A stretch of 64,000 bases of DNA. Origin: Dudresnaya verticillata (taxonomy: Eukaryota). Where the stretch lies: the NCBI GenBank assembly GCA_977862235.1, contig OZ374565.1, positions 1,116,001 to 1,180,000 of the forward strand, written 5' to 3'. Position numbers and translations under genes: made by a program. Shown here piece by piece: positions 61,395 through 64,000 of the stretch. The notes under the pieces were generated by a model. That model saw only the letters and a list, made by a program, of their open reading frames with translations. It was not told the origin of the DNA and ran no database searches. Within the stretch, counting starts at the first letter, position 1. Each line of letters opens with the position of its first letter.

Positions 61395-64000
61395 ATGAGC
61401 AACCGCCGCGACCTGCCGCGCGCGACAACCTTCGCCACATCGCGCAACGCGTCGCCGCCGCCGCCGCGCGCCGCCGCCGCCGCCGCCGGCTCGTACAACT
61501 CGCTGCGCGGCGTGCCGGCGCCGCGCACGCGCAGCCCGCCGTACCGCGCCGCGGACCGCCGCGCGCACAGCAGCTACGCCGTGCCGCAGCCGCCGCCGCG
61601 CACGGCTGCAGACCCGCGCACCACCAAGTCGACGCGTGCAGACCCGTTTCTCATGCGCGTCGTGGTCATGGTGGACGAGGCCACCGAGCCCGGCGTCTCC
61701 GACGAGGACGCCGAGCGCTACCGCGTGCAGCTCGTGGACATCGTGCAGGACCGTAACATGGACAAGATGCAGGTGCCCAGGGCTATCACGCCCATCACTG
61801 GCGGCCAGGCTGTTGCCATTGCGCTGCGCAAGCGCCTCAAGAGCGAGGACGAGGTGGCCGTGCTCAACGCTATCACGTTGCTGGACGAGCTCATGAGAAC
61901 GTGTCCGTACTTTTACCGCTTCATTGCAAACGAGAAGTTCTTCCGCCGCCTGTGGCGCTTTGTCGTGCCGGACTATAGGAACAGCGTCAAGTCGATGATT
62001 CCGATTTTCGGAAAGGCAAAGGTACACGCGGGCATGCGCACCGGGTCGGACGTCTCGCAGCGAGTCCTCATCCTAATTCGCGCATGGGCAGAGGAGCTTT
62101 CCGTTATGCTAGAAGGCCGCTATGATCCGGACGCCGGCTTTCTGCTTGAGCGTTACATGAAGAAGAGAACCCGAGTCAATTTCCCAGAGGTGCCCAAGAC
62201 CCCGCTCCCTTGGGTTTGCCCGATTGGTCAAAACGACGACTACTTGCGCGGCTCGTCTTCTCGCCGAGGCGCATCTGCGTCGTCAAAGGAGCCGGCCATG
62301 ACCTTGACCGAGGTGGAAAATACTGTTGAGCTATTCTCCAACCTCGTCGACAATGCTACGTCGATTGCCGACTTGAAGGACGACGTCTGCACCGAGCTCG
62401 CGGATCGTTGCAAATACATTCATGGCAATCTGTCGAGGCTGAGCATGAGCATGAGCAAAGAGGCGGAACTAGCGCGAGCCATTGCAATCAGTGAGAAACT
62501 GGAAAAGTCTCTGGGCTTGTACAAGAGCAGCTTGGAGAACGGCCGCATTGTCAAAACGATTCCCACCGTTGACACCATCAGTCTTCAAAGCGAAGATGAG
62601 GGCTATGGCGACTCTGAGCACCAAAATGACTCGTATCGTAGCTTTGAGCGCTATGCCCCTCGTGCTAATAGTAAGGAGCCCCATGACCGATTTAGCGACT
62701 CGTCCGATATCTCTAGCGGGGCTCGCGAGGACTGGGTGAGGAAAGAACGAGAGAGGGAGAGGAATGAACGAGAGAGGGAGAGGAAAGAACGAGAGAGGGA
62801 GAGGGAGAGGGAGAGGGAGGGGGAGAGGGAGAGGGAGAGGGAGAGGGACCGTGGTATGGCGAGAGATGGCGATAGAGATAGGGCCAGAGAGTATGGGAGA
62901 GCGCCAGAAAGAGGCCGGGATCTGGAGCCTGGGCGAAATGGAGAAAGAGAGAGAGGGCGCAACTATGGACGTGAAGCGGAGGAGGAACGCAGACCTCGGG
63001 AGCGAAGCTTCTCTCCCAGCCCTTTGGCGAGGAGCATGACTACAACAGAACGGAAGAAGCAGGCTCCATCGGCGTCGGTCGCGGAAAAGCGCTCAAGGAG
63101 AGAACCGAGGGCATCGTTGAGTAGGAGAGAGAAGAGTGATAGCGAACTGCCCAAGCTGGCCAAGGAGAAGAAGAAGTCTGCGGCAGCAAGTGATAAGAGG
63201 TCGGCTGGTCTGATTGAGTTGCCGCATGAAGCAGACGGCAGCTCAGATGACAAGGAGCAGGTGAATGAAGAATCTTTCACGATGTTGGCGGAACGCTATG
63301 CGTCTCAGAAGGCTTCGAAACCGCCGAAGCCAGGATCCAAGTCTAAGAAGAGCGGGGAGGCCAGTGGCAGTGGGCCTAGAGCGAGACCGGCTTCCCAGCA
63401 GAGTGGGAGTGGCGACACATCCGCGAATGCAAGCGCGCAGAGCTTGCCGCCTCTTCCAGCGGCAGGTGTGAATCCAAACGCTGGTGCAGGGGGTGGGCTG
63501 TACAACTCAACCGGAGGTGGGGTGGCATTCAACCCGATGATGATGATGGCGAATCCGTATGCGATGTACGGGTCGGTGAACGCTGTGCCAATGCAAGACG
63601 CTATGGGCATGTACGGGGCGTATCAGACTGTGAACCCGGGGATGTACTACTCTACAGTGAACCCTCAGATGTACCCGACATACTCTGTCCCGGGCATGGG
63701 TGGTGCAATGGGGCAGGGCGCGGCGCCACCGGGGCAGATGGCGGGGATGCAAGGCGCGGCGCAGCAGGGCGCGGGCGGCCTTGGGGTTGCTCAGAGCGGC
63801 GCCATGGTGCCGGTGGGCGCGCAGCCGGGCGGTGCGCAGCAGCCCGTGGCTCCCGGCGCGGCCGTGGCGGCGCAAGGCGCGCTGGCCAGGGCCGGCGGCG
63901 CGCAGATGCAAGCACCGCAGCCAGGCGCCGGCATGGGCGGCTTGGGCGGGATGCAGATGGGCATGGCGTCGCCTATGGCGCCGTTCTACGGCAGCGTGAG
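61395..64000 (+). CDS. VHS-GAT domain protein (TOM1/TOL-like), truncated by the window end
   Basis: My own translation from ATG 61395: VHS-like AIALRKRLKSEDEVAVLNAITLLDELMRTC; GAT-like TELADRCK...ELARAIAISEKLEKSL; then an RE repeat and a Gly/Met/Gln-rich tail. Missing from the ORF track because no stop falls in the window. Confidence 0.85.
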   Translation, partial: MSNRRDLPRATTFATSRNASPPPPRAAAAAAGSYNSLRGVPAPRTRSPPYRAADRRAHSSYAVPQPPPRTAADPRTTKSTRADPFLMRVVVMVDEATEPGVSDEDAERYRVQLVDIVQDRNMDKMQVPRAITPITGGQAVAIALRKRLKSEDEVAVLNAITLLDELMRTCPYFYRFIANEKFFRRLWRFVVPDYRNSVKSMIPIFGKAKVHAGMRTGSDVSQRVLILIRAWAEELSVMLEGRYDPDAGFLLERYMKKRTRVNFPEVPKTPLPWVCPIGQNDDYLRGSSSRRGASASSKEPAMTLTEVENTVELFSNLVDNATSIADLKDDVCTELADRCKYIHGNLSRLSMSMSKEAELARAIAISEKLEKSLGLYKSSLENGRIVKTIPTVDTISLQSEDEGYGDSEHQNDSYRSFERYAPRANSKEPHDRFSDSSDISSGAREDWVRKERERERNERERERKEREREREREREGERERERERDRGMARDGDRDRAREYGRAPERGRDLEPGRNGERERGRNYGREAEEERRPRERSFSPSPLARSMTTTERKKQAPSASVAEKRSRREPRASLSRREKSDSELPKLAKEKKKSAAASDKRSAGLIELPHEADGSSDDKEQVNEESFTMLAERYASQKASKPPKPGSKSKKSGEASGSGPRARPASQQSGSGDTSANASAQSLPPLPAAGVNPNAGAGGGLYNSTGGGVAFNPMMMMANPYAMYGSVNAVPMQDAMGMYGAYQTVNPGMYYSTVNPQMYPTYSVPGMGGAMGQGAAPPGQMAGMQGAAQQGAGGLGVAQSGAMVPVGAQPGGAQQPVAPGAAVAAQGALARAGGAQMQAPQPGAGMGGLGGMQMGMASPMAPFYGSV

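Noticed and set aside
62740..62848. GA microsatellite as a separate element
   Set aside because: It is the in-frame Arg-Glu repeat of the VHS-GAT gene.

Overview
Eukaryotic genomic DNA with compact, apparently intron-free genes, most consistent with a red alga (inference, not proven). Positions 1-46 kb are a repeat- and relic-rich accessory zone. It holds a large inverted duplication (1-3763 vs 22112-25907) carrying histone H4, a bidirectional H3/H4 promoter and two tandem PrsW-like membrane-protein genes; only the right arm keeps histone H3. Between the arms lie a secreted triple Cys-module gene and a young full-length Ty3/Gypsy chromovirus (12919-18745, 504-bp LTRs, 4-bp TSD). The element splits a secreted multi-knottin-like gene, which rejoins in frame when it is removed. 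The zone also has a second diverged inverted repeat with a 5'-truncated LINE insertion, long low-complexity ORFs and decayed genes. From about 48 kb the sequence is GC-rich and gene-dense: a secreted Cys-rich protein, a CAX exchanger, MnmA/TRMU, an unknown gene behind a palindromic E2F-type site, a TPR-like protein, Med8, another secreted protein and a VHS-GAT (TOM1-like) gene running off the window. All family calls come from motif recognition by eye; no searches were run.
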